Assembly: GCA_963748215.1 (NCBI GenBank)
Contig: CAVVHS010000004.1
Span: 38,737-102,736 of the forward strand
DNA length: 64,000 bases
Source of the DNA: an uncultured Gammaproteobacteria bacterium
GTDB lineage: Bacteria; Pseudomonadota; Gammaproteobacteria; UBA9214
Direction of reading: 5' to 3'
In this document: positions 1-12,142 of the stretch, one piece after another
Layout: every line of letters begins with the position of its first letter
Position numbering within the stretch: position 1 is the stretch's first letter
Made by a program: the position numbers and the translations under genes
The notes under the pieces: model-generated
Told to the model about the DNA's origin: nothing
The model's database searches: none
The model's input: the letters and a program-made list of their open reading frames with translations, nothing else

Positions 1-1345
<1,345 letters not shown>

Positions 1346-1512
1346 TACACGGTACCCAAAGGACCGCCGGTTTGCAACAATACATTCCCTCCGGATGTGA
1401 GCAAGCCATTGTTTTAAATGTATTACCTGACTCCTACCCCAGCCAGATTGTTGCCAGCCCGGGACAAAGTCCGTACCCTTGGCGGCCTTCAATCGAAACC
1501 GGCAACGCACAG

Positions 1513-2175
1513 ATGAACCAGGCAGAAATCGAACAGGCCCGTCATAACATGATCGTGCAGCAGGTCCGGCCCTGGGATGTGCTGGATGCGCAGGTTCTGG
1601 AGGCCATGTCACACGTTCCCCGTGAGGCCTTCGTGCCGGAACGCTACCGCTCCCTGGCCTTCGCCGACACCAATATACCGCTGGGCCATGAGCAGGTCAT
1701 GATGAAGCCCAACGTCGAGGGCCGCCTGCTGCAGGCGCTGGCCATACAGCCGGAGGACGAGGTGCTGGAGATCGGCACCGGCAGCGGCTACCTGACGGCG
1801 TGTCTCGCCCGGCTTGGACGGCATGTCACCAGCGTGGAAATCCTGCCCGACCTTGCCGCGGCGGCCGAGGCGCACCTGGCGGAGCTGAGCGTCGACAATG
1901 TCACCCTGCAGACCGGCGACGCCCTCGCTGATATCGACCCGGGCAGACACTACGGCGTTATCGCCGTGACTGGCTCGCTGCCCGTACTGGACCAGCAGTT
2001 TTTCAGCAATCTCGAAAACGGCGGCCGCCTGTTCGTCATCACCGGCCCGCTGCCGATCATGGAAGCCCGCCTGGTCACCCGCATCAATGCCAATCACTGG
2101 GCCAGCGAATCGCTGTTCGAAACCTGCATTCCACCGCTGGTCAACGCACCCGCACCCGAATCCTTCAGCTTCTAG
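1513..2175 (+). CDS. pcm: Protein-L-isoaspartate O-methyltransferase family
   Basis: ARHNMIVQQVRPWDV, VPREAFVP, VLEIGTGSGY motifs; pcm-rhodanese-tolC context. Confidence 0.9.
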   Translation: MNQAEIEQARHNMIVQQVRPWDVLDAQVLEAMSHVPREAFVPERYRSLAFADTNIPLGHEQVMMKPNVEGRLLQALAIQPEDEVLEIGTGSGYLTACLARLGRHVTSVEILPDLAAAAEAHLAELSVDNVTLQTGDALADIDPGRHYGVIAVTGSLPVLDQQFFSNLENGGRLFVITGPLPIMEARLVTRINANHWASESLFETCIPPLVNAPAPESFSF

Positions 2176-2191
2176 CGGCAACCGTTCCTGC

Positions 2192-2512
2192 ATGCGCGAA
2201 ATGACCCCCGACGAGTGCAAGGCGTACCTTGAGAGTACGCCGACCAGGCCCTTGCTGCTGGATGTCAGGGAACCCTGGGAGTACAACATTGTCCACCTCG
2301 AGGACTCCATGTTGATGCCCATGCGCCAGGTACCCGTCGAGGCCGACTCGCTTGATGCGGACCGGGAGATCGTCGTAATCTGCCACCACGGCATCCGCAG
2401 CCGGCAGGTCGCCCTGTTCCTCAAGGCCAGGGGCTTCAGCAATGTCATCAACCTGAGTGGTGGTATCGATGCCTGGGCACGCCACACGGACACGAGTCTG
2501 CCGACCTACTGA
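2192..2512 (+). CDS. Rhodanese-like domain protein
   Basis: LLDVREPWEY, CHHGIRS active-site loop, NLSGGIDAW. Confidence 0.9.
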   Translation: MREMTPDECKAYLESTPTRPLLLDVREPWEYNIVHLEDSMLMPMRQVPVEADSLDADREIVVICHHGIRSRQVALFLKARGFSNVINLSGGIDAWARHTDTSLPTY

Positions 2513-2530
2513 GCAGAATGCTTGCACGGA

Positions 2531-2610
2531 AACAGGGGGCAGACCACGTTTTTTCTGAACCGGCTGCAAAGACAGGAAACAACGTCGAAGCAAAACGCGG
2601 TCTGTCCCCG
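2531..2610. repeat. Inverted pair of repeat family D (GGGGCAGACCACGTTTT ... AAAACGCGGTCTGTCCCC)
   Basis: Imperfect inverted repeat; 2531-2553 is the exact reverse complement of 4264-4286. Confidence 0.75.
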
Positions 2611-2644
2611 ACGATTTTCGAACAGGTTATAAAGGACAACAGCT

Positions 2645-3973
2645 ATGCTGCGCATGAAACAAACGATCACGGTGTTTTTACTGTCTGGCTGCCTGCTGAC
2701 AGCCCCGGCCACGCCGGCCGACGACCTTGCCGACGTCTACCGCAAGGCACTGGCGGCTGATCCGCAGTACCTCGCCGCCACGGCGGCATATCAGGCCGCG
2801 CTCGAGGTAAAACCGCAGAGCCGCGCCGGGCTGTTGCCCGATGTGGGATTGAGCGGCAGTGCCTCGCGCGACCGCTACGACCCCAGGACCAGCGGCCCGA
2901 CCACCTACGCGACCAACCAGTCCTACAGCGTCAACCTGCGCCAGCCCGTCTTCCGCCGCGACCGTTTCATCCAGCTCCAGCAGGCCGACAGCCGCATCGC
3001 GCAGGCCGATGCCGTGTTCACGTCGGCGCAGCAGGAGCTTATCCTGCGTGTGGCGACGCGCTATTTCGCCGTACTTGGCGCCCGTGACAACCTCGCCTTC
3101 GTGCGCGCCGACAAGGAAGCGCTGCAGCGCACGCTGGACCAGGCGCAGCAGCGTTTCGAGGTCGGCCTCGCGGCCATTACCGACACCCTCAAGGCGCAGG
3201 CCGCCTACGACATATCGATCAGCGACGAGATCAGCGCCGAGCAGCTGCTGGCCGATTCACAGGAGGCCCTGCGCGAGCTGACCGGATCACTGCCCGATAC
3301 GCTGGAGATACTCAGCGACCAAATCCCGCTGCTGGTACCGGAACCGACCGACCAGGACCAGTGGGTCAGGTCGGCCATCGAGCAAAACCCGCTGATGCTG
3401 GCGGCGCAGGCGGCTACCGAGACTGCCAAACAGGAAATTCAGGTGCAAAATTCCGGCCATTATCCATCACTCGACATGGTTGCCGGCTTCAGTTACCGCG
3501 ACAACAGCTTCGGTGGCGTCATCTCGCAGGAGCGTAACGACAGCAGCGTCGGACTGGAACTCAACCTGCCCCTTTACCAGGGCGGCGCGGTCACCTCGCG
3601 CACGCGCCAGCAGCGTTCCCTGTACGAGCAGGCCGTGGAAGAAAAAGAACAGCAGTACCGCGCGACGGAACGCCAGACGCGCGACAACTACCGTGGCATC
3701 GTCAGCGGCATCAGCCGTGTCAGCGCGCTCAAGCGTGCAATCGAGTCCAACGAGAAGGCCTACGAGGCCGCCAAGTCGGGCTTCGATGTCGGCACGCGGG
3801 ATATTGTCGACGTGCTCGATGCCCAGCGCGAACTGCTGCGTGCCCGGCGCGATCATGCCCGCTCGCGCTACGATTACCTGCTGAGCACCCTGCGCCTGAA
3901 GCAGGCCGCCGGCATCCTCGCCGAGGAAGACCTGCTGCAGGTCAACGAACTGCTGGTCATGGATGAGTTGTAG
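2645..3973 (+). CDS. tolC: TolC-family outer membrane efflux protein
   Basis: Signal peptide, SRAGLLP, ATRYFAVL, RFEVGLAAITD, SGHYPSLD, LPLYQGG, GTRDIVDVLDAQ. Confidence 0.93.
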   Translation: MLRMKQTITVFLLSGCLLTAPATPADDLADVYRKALAADPQYLAATAAYQAALEVKPQSRAGLLPDVGLSGSASRDRYDPRTSGPTTYATNQSYSVNLRQPVFRRDRFIQLQQADSRIAQADAVFTSAQQELILRVATRYFAVLGARDNLAFVRADKEALQRTLDQAQQRFEVGLAAITDTLKAQAAYDISISDEISAEQLLADSQEALRELTGSLPDTLEILSDQIPLLVPEPTDQDQWVRSAIEQNPLMLAAQAATETAKQEIQVQNSGHYPSLDMVAGFSYRDNSFGGVISQERNDSSVGLELNLPLYQGGAVTSRTRQQRSLYEQAVEEKEQQYRATERQTRDNYRGIVSGISRVSALKRAIESNEKAYEAAKSGFDVGTRDIVDVLDAQRELLRARRDHARSRYDYLLSTLRLKQAAGILAEEDLLQVNELLVMDEL

Positions 3974-4526
3974 GGTGCACTCTGTGCACCATTGCGTGAG
4001 ACGTGAATTAGAGCTCGGAATGATAATGGCCACGGAATCCACGGAAGAACACGGAAATACAAATGCAGGACGTTTTTTGCAGGAGCGCATCTCATGCGCG
4101 ATAAATAATGGCCATGGAAACACACGGAACAACACGGAAAGAATGTAGGGTGCACTCTGTGCACCATTGCGTGAGACGTGAGACGTGAGACGTGAGACGT
4201 GAGACGTGAATTATAGGCCCGAATGATTATGGCCACGGAAGGCCACGGAAATACAAGACACAGAAAAACGTGGTCTGCCCCCTGTTCCGCTATTTCGCGT
4301 TCCAGTTTCTGCACATAGAAGGCTAACGGGAAGGAGCGTCGGCAAAATCGTCTGTCATGTATAAATCAATTGATCTTTCCGTGTTCTTCCGTGGCTATTT
4401 TTAAGTATTCAATACTCGACCAGTTCGCGGATTGCATCCGCCCCTATAGATGCATGATGTATTGTAGGAGCGCATCTCATGCGCGATGGAATATGGAAAA
4501 GATCGCGCATGAGATGCGCTCCTACA
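3970..4526. repeat. Mosaic repeat cluster: REP-B (GTAGGGTGCAC..GTGCACC), (GTGAGAC)n, repeat C (GCCACGGAA..CACGGAA..CACGGAAA), repeat D, REP-A doublet
   Basis: REP-B at 3970 and 4145; five GTGAGAC units at 4171-4205; C at 4026, 4108, 4229 and an inverted copy near 4376; perfect 25-bp inverted REP-A pair at 4463-4526. Confidence 0.9.
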
Positions 4527-4560
4527 GATCTATTCATTGGATAGAACGGCGGAACACACC

Positions 4561-5071
4561 ATGACCGACAACGGCCTGCCTGAACAACTGCCCGGTTTCG
4601 ATGACCCGATCGGCTTGCTGCGCGCCTGCCACAAAAAAATGCTCGCGCACTGCGAGCTGCTGGAGGGACTGCTGACCGATCCCGATCCGGCGGCCGCTCA
4701 GCAGGTGCTGCGCTATTTCTCCACCAACGCGGTCACCCATCACCAGGACGAGGAGGAAGACCTGTTCCCGCGCCTGAACCGCCAGTCCATGAAACTGGCC
4801 GACCTGGTGCATCGTCTGAAAAAGGACCATGTCGAACTCGACCGGCTCTGGACCCGTATCGCGCCCGGGCCTGCGCCAGCTGTCGCAGGCCCGGGGCGAC
4901 CCGGCCTTCAGCGAGGCGGTACAGGTGTTCTGTGCATTGTCCCGGGACCATATCGCACGCGAGAACACGGATTTCCTGCCGCTCGCCTCAAGCAGTCTCA
5001 GCAGCACGGCGCTAGGCGAAATCGGCGAGGCCATGGCGGCGCGCCGCGGCGTGCGCTACTCGGCACTCTGA
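4561..5071 (+). CDS. Hemerythrin-domain protein (one +1 frameshift near 4868, probably an assembly error)
   Basis: FDDPIGLLRACH, HHQDEEEDLFP, then in the next frame HIARENTDFLP...IGEAMAARRG. Confidence 0.8.
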
Positions 5072-6348
5072 CAGGAATCAACTATCTGCCGGTCGATCAT
5101 GGCCAGCACCGCAGCCAGCGCACCACGGTTCTTTTCCACGACCTTGCGCCCCTGCTCCCCGGCCTGGTGGCGTGCATTGGCGTCCTGCAGCCACTCGCGC
5201 ACCGTGCGTTCCAGCCCGGCCACGCTTTCCACTTTGACGCAGGCCCCGGCTGCCAGCAGCAGGTCGCAGATCTCGGTGAAATTGAACACATGCGGTCCGG
5301 TCACCGCGGGTATGCCAAGCGCAGCCGGCTCCAGCAGGTTGTGCCCGCCGTGAGGTACCAGGCTGCCACCGACGAAGGCCACGTCGGAAGCGGCATAGAA
5401 CAGCGGCAGTTCGCCCATGGAATCGCCGATGAATACCTGGGTCCGGTCGCTGCAGGGTTCGCGTGTACTGCGCAGGACCGTTTTCAGGCCACGCTTGCGG
5501 CACAGGTCCGCGACCGGCTCGAAGCGCTCCGGATGGCGCGGCACCAGCACCAGCAGACAGTCACCGAACTGCCTGCGCAAAAGCCGGAACACATCGAGCA
5601 CCAGTTCGTCTTCACCTTCGTGGGTGCTGGCGGCTATCCACACCGGGCGCCCGACGCCCCATTCGCGGCGCAGCACCTCGGCACGTTCCAGCAGGCTGGG
5701 CACGACGCGCTGCTCGAATTTCAGGTTGCCGGTCACGACCACACGCGTACTGTCCGCGCCCAGACTGATGAAGCGTTTTGCGTCGGCGTTACCCTGGGCG
5801 GCAATCTGCGACACCGCCGCAAGCGTCTGGCCGACCAGCACGCGCACGCGCCGGTAGCCGCGCATCGATTTCCCTGACAGGCGCGCGTTAAGCAGCAGCA
5901 AGGGTATGGACCGGCGCCGGCAGGTGGCGAACAGGTTCGGCCACAACTCGGTTTCCATGATGATTGCCACGCACGGCCTGACACGGTCGAAAAACCGTGT
6001 CACTGCACCCGGCAGGTCATAGGGGGCATAGACATGCGCCACCTCGCCGCCGAACAGTGCCTGCACCCTGGCCGAGCCCGTCGGGGTGACCGTGGTTATC
6101 AGGATGGAGTGATCGGGATAGCGGTCGAGCAGGGCCCTGACCACGGGTTGTGCCGCCTGCACCTCGCCGACCGACACGGCATGCAGCCAGATCACCTGCG
6201 ATCCCAGTGGCGGCTCGATAAAACCGAAGCGCTCCGGCCAGCGACGCAGGTAGGCCGGCGAGCGCAGCCCGCGCCAGGCCAGGCGCAACAGCACCACGGG
6301 GGCCAGCAGGTAGAGCAGGATGGTATAGATGACGCGCAAGACAGGCAC
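5056..6348 (-). CDS. waaA: Kdo transferase WaaA
   Basis: IWLHAVSVGEV, METELWPN, TGNLKF, AASTHEGED, VPRHPERF, GGHNLLEPA; start codon uncertain (GTG 6348 or TTG 6339). Confidence 0.95.
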   Translation of the reverse strand: MPVLRVIYTILLYLLAPVVLLRLAWRGLRSPAYLRRWPERFGFIEPPLGSQVIWLHAVSVGEVQAAQPVVRALLDRYPDHSILITTVTPTGSARVQALFGGEVAHVYAPYDLPGAVTRFFDRVRPCVAIIMETELWPNLFATCRRRSIPLLLLNARLSGKSMRGYRRVRVLVGQTLAAVSQIAAQGNADAKRFISLGADSTRVVVTGNLKFEQRVVPSLLERAEVLRREWGVGRPVWIAASTHEGEDELVLDVFRLLRRQFGDCLLVLVPRHPERFEPVADLCRKRGLKTVLRSTREPCSDRTQVFIGDSMGELPLFYAASDVAFVGGSLVPHGGHNLLEPAALGIPAVTGPHVFNFTEICDLLLAAGACVKVESVAGLERTVREWLQDANARHQAGEQGRKVVEKNRGALAAVLAMIDRQIVDSCQSAE

Positions 6349-6459
6349 CGGCTGTTTTCTGCCGCCAGCATAGCACAACCGTTCATGCGTGAATGACCGG
6401 ATGGGACAGGCAGGAGCAGGCAGGGCCCGCACAAATCGCGTGTTAAAAACTGAAGAATA

Positions 6460-6787
6460 GCCACGGAATCCACGGAAGAACACGGAAATAATTCGTATTC
6501 ATGTACCGACTGGAGACTTCCGGATTGAGTGAATGTCCATCATCCATATCACTCCCGGCTTCGGCGCAGTCCAATATGCGTACTTCAGAGGCATCCAGGA
6601 AGGAGACGAGAGCAGGTCACGCTGTCTGCTTGTCTATATAGATTTATCTTTCCGTGTTCTTCCGTGGATTCCGTGGCCATTATCAAGCACAGGCCCGGGC
6701 CCCTGCACCAACCGACGCCCCGCAGGAGTGGACCTCATCCGCGATTTCCTGTCCCGCATATCCATCGCGCTTGAGAAGCGCTCCTAC
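6460..6787. repeat. Perfect 29-bp inverted pair of repeat C around a 160-bp spacer, followed by a REP-A doublet
   Basis: 6460-6488 is the reverse complement of 6649-6677; REP-A pair at 6722-6787. Confidence 0.88.
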
Positions 6788-6887
6788 ACCAATAGAAATT
6801 CCTGCAGGCGCCGGCTGTCCGTAATAACTGCGAAATGTTACAGCGGGGCGTTACAATGGCAGCCGGATCCCGCGACCCGTACCTGTT

Positions 6888-7817
6888 ATGAGCAGCCCGA
6901 CAACACTTGGCACCCGCCTGTACGCACCGCGTTACTGGCCGACCTGGCTCGGGGTCGTGCTGCTGTGGTGCCTGACACGACTGCCCTTCAGCCTGCAGAT
7001 CCGGATTGGCCGCGTACTCGGCCACCTGATGCGTCTCTTCGGCGGGCGCCGCAAACGTATCATGCAGATCAACATCGACCTGTGTTTCCCTGAACTGTCG
7101 GCACGGGAACGCGCACGTATCACGTACGAGAATTTCGCCTCCATGGGTATCGCCTTGCTGGAGATGGGCATGAGCTGGTGGGTATCCGATCGCCGCCTGC
7201 GCAAGCTGGTCACCATAGAGGGCCTCGAGAACCTGGACACCGCCCTGCAGGCAGGCCATGGCGCCGTCCTGCTGAGCGCCCATTTCACCACCATGGAAAT
7301 CGGCGGCCGACTGCTGTCGATGTTCGCATCCTTCCAGGTCCTGTACCGTGAACACAAGAACGCCGCCATGGAATACGTCATTCACCGCGGTCGCAACAGG
7401 TTCACCCACAAGGCCATCCTGCGTGACAACCTGCTCGGCATGCGCCGGAGCCTGCGCCAGAACATACCGGTCTGGTATGCACCGGACCAGGACTTCGGCA
7501 TCGGCAAGGGCGTGTTCGTGCCGTTCTTCGGCATACCCGCGGCGACCATCACCGCCACCTCGACGCTGGCGAAGATGGCGCATTCGCCGGTGGTGCCGTT
7601 CTACCAGACCCGCCTGCCCGGCGCGCAGGGCTACCGGCTCACGTTGCTGCCGGCGCTGGAGAACTTTCCGGGCACTGACATCGAGGAGGATACCCGGCGC
7701 ATCAACGAGTTGCTCGAAGACATCATCCGCAGGCAGCCGGAACAGTACCTGTGGGCACACCGGCGCTTCAAGACGCGGCCGCCGGGCAGCCCGTCGCTTT
7801 ATCATTCCGGAACGTAG
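6888..7817 (+). CDS. lpxL: Lipid A lauroyl acyltransferase (LpxL/LpxP family)
   Basis: PRYWPTWLG, NIDLCFPEL, HFTTMEIGGR, WYAPDQD, PEQYLWAHRRFKTRP. Confidence 0.93.
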   Translation: MSSPTTLGTRLYAPRYWPTWLGVVLLWCLTRLPFSLQIRIGRVLGHLMRLFGGRRKRIMQINIDLCFPELSARERARITYENFASMGIALLEMGMSWWVSDRRLRKLVTIEGLENLDTALQAGHGAVLLSAHFTTMEIGGRLLSMFASFQVLYREHKNAAMEYVIHRGRNRFTHKAILRDNLLGMRRSLRQNIPVWYAPDQDFGIGKGVFVPFFGIPAATITATSTLAKMAHSPVVPFYQTRLPGAQGYRLTLLPALENFPGTDIEEDTRRINELLEDIIRRQPEQYLWAHRRFKTRPPGSPSLYHSGT

Positions 7818-7881
7818 TCGTTGTCGTTGCCGCCGTGTCACGGGATAATCCTGCACAACACCGCGCAACAGGGCCAGCAAA

Positions 7882-8728
7882 TTGAATGATCGGACCAAAA
7901 ACCCCGGGCGCTGGGGCAGCCATGCGCCACGCGGAACCGACCATCTGCTGTTACTGGCAAAAAAGGCGGGGCTGGCGCATGGCCCGCTGAAAAGGGTACT
8001 GGCCCGCGCCTGGCGGGCACGGCATCCCGGCACACCCGTCGACATCACCTACCAGGGCGTGCGCTTCAGACTGCACCCGTGGGACAATGTCACCGATGCC
8101 AAAATCCTGTTCGGTTCCCGGAATCGGGATCGAATCGAACTGGAGGCGCTGCGGGAGCGCGTTGCAGACGGCGGCATCTTCATCGATATCGGTGCGAATA
8201 TCGGCTATTACTCGCTCTTTGCAGCCGCCTTCGGCGCCGCGCGTATTGTGGCAGTCGAACCGAATCCGCTGGCCCTGGAAAGACTGGCTTTTCAATATAT
8301 CGGCGAACGGCTACGGGGAACGGATCAAGCCCTTGCCGGTTGCCCTGGGCGCTTCAACCGGACAGGCAACACTGTTCATACCCGAGCAGGGCGACATGGG
8401 CGGCGGCAGGATCAGCGACCACGAGCTGGACGGCAGGCAGGTAACCGTCCCGGTGAGGCCATTGGCCACGGTGCTGGAAGAACTGGGAATCAAGCGGATA
8501 GATGCCCTGAAGATCGATGTCGAGGGCATGGAAGATACCGTGCTGTTTCCGTTTTTCGACACGGCACCCCGTTCCCTGTGGCCGCGCATGATCATCATCG
8601 AACATACCAGCGGCACGGACTGGAAGCGGGACATCCTGTCCTGGCTGCTGGCACATGGCTACACCGGGAAAGCCAGGACGCGATCCAACATGGTACTGCA
8701 ACTGGATGCCGGTGATACCGCCCCATGA
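7882..8728 (+). CDS. FkbM-family methyltransferase (+1 frameshift in a T run near 8290)
   Basis: FIDIGANIGYYSL..AVEPNP in one frame, IDALKIDVEGMED in the next. Confidence 0.82.
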
Positions 8729-9766
8729 GCTCCGGCATCCGGGTAAAACTGCTGAGTCCTTTAACGCAACGCTATTTCATGCACCAGTTTCCCGGTGGCG
8801 TTCCGGCCTGGGGCAACTGCCACTTCAGCTTTGCCCCCGAAGACCGGGACTATGACTGGCTGGTTGTGTACGAAGACCTGCCCGGCCTGCCTGATGTACC
8901 GCGCAACAGGCGCTGTGAAGAGCTGGCATGCGCAGCTGCACATACCCTGCTCACCACGCACCGAACCCTCTTCCATCAAGCATTACGGCAATCCCTACAC
9001 CCGGCAGTTCGGATGCGTACTGACCAGCCAGGAAGAATGGGCACTGCCACACCGCGACAGGATATTCTCGCAGGCCGGCCTGGCGTGGATTTATGGCGTC
9101 GGACAGGCACACGAGATCCCGTTCGATGACATGCTTGCGAGGCCGCCGGCGCACAAGACCCGTGACCTCTCCATGGTGTACTCACCCAAACGGCAGCGGC
9201 ATACACTGCACCACCGCAGGAACAGGTTCATGCGCCAGTTGATGGATGAGTTGCCGGAAATGGATGTCTACGGTCGCGGGGCACGTCCACTCGATGACAA
9301 GGCCGAGGCCCTGGATGCCTACCGCTATCACGTGGCCGTCGAGAACCATATCGGCCCCCACCACTGGACCGAAAAACTGGCCGACGCCTTCCTTGGCATG
9401 ACATTGCCGTTCTACTGCGGCTGCCCCAACGCCACGGACTACTTCCCGCCGGAAAGTTTCATTCCCGTCGACATGAACGACCCGCACGGCGCGGCACGCA
9501 TCATTCGCTCCGCCATCGCCGCCGGGGAATACGAGCGACGGCTGCCAGCCATTATCGAGGCCCGTCGTCGGGTACTTTACGAGTATAATTTGTTCGCCGT
9601 GCTTGCACGCGAAATCGAAAAGCGCCATCACGCCGGATTACCGGGAGACACGAAGCACCGGATCTGTTCACGACATGCCCTTCGCCGGCACAGCCTGACC
9701 GGCGGCTTGCAGGACAGCTATGGCAAGGCCCGTGCGCGGCTGATCCATCTGTTCCGGCGCGGATGA
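8725..9766 (+). CDS. Glycosyltransferase, GT10 (fucosyltransferase-like) family (+1 frameshift near 8958)
   Basis: YDWLVVYEDL, then TEPSSIK..DKAEALDAYRYHVAVEN..HWTEKLADAFLG..PFYCGCPN. Confidence 0.78.
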
Positions 9767-9885
9767 GCCGGTCACACGGCGCGCTGCCCGGGTCCGCAGC
9801 ACCCGCCACGGGCAGCCACGCTGTTTTTGCAGGCGCCAAGCTGGTAAATTGCGATCGACCCGACTAACGAAGAACCGAGCAACAG

Positions 9886-10608
9886 ATGAGCCTTTCGATC
9901 AAGCGACTCAGCCGCACGCTGCGCCAGCCGTTTCACTCCCGCCATGCCTTCAAACGGCTCGAGGAATACCATTCGAAGACGCGCACACTTGATGAGGTCG
10001 TCGACTGGGCGATGAACTTCGGCGGCCATGGCTACATGCGGGTGAAAACGCTGCAGATTCCGGCCGAGATCACCCTTCTGGCGCGGGCGGTACAACAGCT
10101 GGAACCGAAGACTATCCTGGAAATCGGCGCCGCCAGCGGCGGCACCTCGCTGATCTGGTCATATCTGGCTGCAGAACGCGTCATCACCTGCGACCTGATC
10201 GACATGACGCACCAGTCCCCCCTGTTCACCCGTTTCCCGCCGCCCGGATCGAATTGCCGGGTAACATTGCTGAGCGGCAACTCGCACAGCGCGGAATTCA
10301 GGGCGCGGGTCGCCGCGCAACTGGACGGCACGCAGGTCGACTTCCTGTTCATAGACGGCGACCACACAGTGCAGGGCGTGACGGCTGATTACAACGACTA
10401 CAAGGGCTTCGTGCGTCCCGACGGACTGATCGGTTTTCACGATATTGTGGAATGCCAGCCACTGCCAACCAACCAGGTGTATTACCTGTGGAAGAAGCTG
10501 AAACCGCTGGCCGAGGTGGAAGAATTTATCAACGACCCGCACCAGCGAGGCTTCGGTATCGGCTTACTTCACGTGCCACCGCAGGGCGCACCCGACCTGC
10601 CCGCCTGA
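9886..10608 (+). CDS. Class I SAM-dependent methyltransferase (Methyltransf_24-like)
   Basis: ILEIGAASGGT, DFLFIDGDH, GLIGFHDI. Confidence 0.85.
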   Translation: MSLSIKRLSRTLRQPFHSRHAFKRLEEYHSKTRTLDEVVDWAMNFGGHGYMRVKTLQIPAEITLLARAVQQLEPKTILEIGAASGGTSLIWSYLAAERVITCDLIDMTHQSPLFTRFPPPGSNCRVTLLSGNSHSAEFRARVAAQLDGTQVDFLFIDGDHTVQGVTADYNDYKGFVRPDGLIGFHDIVECQPLPTNQVYYLWKKLKPLAEVEEFINDPHQRGFGIGLLHVPPQGAPDLPA

Positions 10609-10624
10609 GACATCACCCGCGCAC

Positions 10625-11359
10625 ATGAAAAATATCGTCTGCATGAAGTGGGGCACATTGTACGACGCCGGCTTCGTCAACAAGCTGTATGCCATGGTCA
10701 GCAGGAGCATCAGCGGTGACTTCCGCTTTGTCTGCATGACCGACGATCCGTCCGGACTCAATCCGGCCATCGAATACCGGGATTGCCCCGCCATCGAAGG
10801 CCCCTTGCCCTGGCGCGAAACGGGCTGGCGCAAGATCGCCCTGTGGGCCGGCACGCTGCCCGGCATGGAGGGTGACTGGCTGTTCCTCGATCTCGACGTG
10901 GTCATCACCGGTTCGCTGGATGCCTTCTTCGACTATCTTACGGACAGGTCTTTCGTGGTCATGCAGAACTGGACCCAGCCGGGACAGAACATCGGCAACA
11001 CCTCGGTGTACCGCTTCCGGGTCGGCAGTCATCCCGAACTGCTCGAGGAGCTGCAGCGCGATTTCATGGGCGTCATCCAGCGCCATGGGAATGAACAGAC
11101 GTTTGTGACACGCAAAATTCCCGATACCGCATTCTGGCCTGACGAGTGGTGCGTGCTGTTCAAGGTACAATGCGTACCGGCAATGCCGATGCGCTGGTGG
11201 CAGGCGCCGCGACTGCCGACCGGCGCGCGCGTGGTGGCCTTCCCCGGCTCACCCAACCCGGATGACGCCGCAGACGGCATCTGGCCGGCAAAGAGCTACA
11301 AGAAGCTGTACAAGCACATCAGGCCGGCCACCTGGATCAACGATTTCTGGCATGAATAG
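10625..11359 (+). CDS. Putative glycosyltransferase (GT-A fold, DxD)
   Basis: IVCMKWGTLY, FVCMTDD, LFLDLDVVI, GNTSVYRF. Confidence 0.75.
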   Translation: MKNIVCMKWGTLYDAGFVNKLYAMVSRSISGDFRFVCMTDDPSGLNPAIEYRDCPAIEGPLPWRETGWRKIALWAGTLPGMEGDWLFLDLDVVITGSLDAFFDYLTDRSFVVMQNWTQPGQNIGNTSVYRFRVGSHPELLEELQRDFMGVIQRHGNEQTFVTRKIPDTAFWPDEWCVLFKVQCVPAMPMRWWQAPRLPTGARVVAFPGSPNPDDAADGIWPAKSYKKLYKHIRPATWINDFWHE

Positions 11360-11368
11360 GGTCTTTAA

Positions 11369-12142
11369 ATGAAAGCAGTCATACTCGCCGGCGGCCTGGG
11401 CACACGCATATCAGAGGAAACCCATCTGAAGCCGAAGCCCATGATCGAGATCGGCGGAAAACCCGTTCTCTGGCACATCATGAAGCTGTACTCCGCGCAC
11501 GGGGTGCATGATTTCGTGATCTGCTGCGGTTACCGGGGTTATATCATCAAGGAATATTTCGCCAATTACTTCCTGCATATGTCGGATGTCACTTTCGACA
11601 TGGAGCACAACCGGATGGAAGTTCACCAGCGCAATGCCGAACCCTGGCGCGTTACGCTGGTGGATACCGGCGATGACACGCTGACCGGCGGACGGCTGAA
11701 ACGGGTGAACGATTATATCGAGGGTGAGGAGGCCTTCTGCTTCACTTACGGCGATGGTGTCGCGGACATCGATATCACCGCCGAAATCGAGTTCCACAAA
11801 CAGCACGGCAAACTGGCCACTGTCGTCGCTGTGCGGCCGCCGGGCCGCTATGGCGCACTACAGATGGAAGGCACACGCGTCAGCGGATTCCTGGAAAAAC
11901 CCCGGGGTGACGGCGGGCTCATCAACGGTGGTTTTTTCGTGCTGTCGCCAAAGTGCATACAGTTGATAGCCAGCGATCAATCCAGCTGGGAGGGTGGAGT
12001 TTTAACCCGCCTCAGCGAACAAGGCCAGCTCATGGCGTTCGAACACAACGGATTCTGGCAACCCATGGATACCCTGCGCGACAAGAATCAGCTTGAGGAG
12101 CTGTGGCAATCGGGCGAGGCTCCCTGGAAAATCTGGGAATGA
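11369..12142 (+). CDS. rfbF: Glucose-1-phosphate cytidylyltransferase
   Basis: [44 protein letters not shown]. Confidence 0.97.
   Translation: MKAVILAGGLGTRISEETHLKPKPMIEIGGKPVLWHIMKLYSAHGVHDFVICCGYRGYIIKEYFANYFLHMSDVTFDMEHNRMEVHQRNAEPWRVTLVDTGDDTLTGGRLKRVNDYIEGEEAFCFTYGDGVADIDITAEIEFHKQHGKLATVVAVRPPGRYGALQMEGTRVSGFLEKPRGDGGLINGGFFVLSPKCIQLIASDQSSWEGGVLTRLSEQGQLMAFEHNGFWQPMDTLRDKNQLEELWQSGEAPWKIWE

Noticed and set aside
6489-6648. Decayed GxxExxY gene between the C repeats
   Set aside because: Only faint resemblance (PGF..RGI); not supportable by eye.
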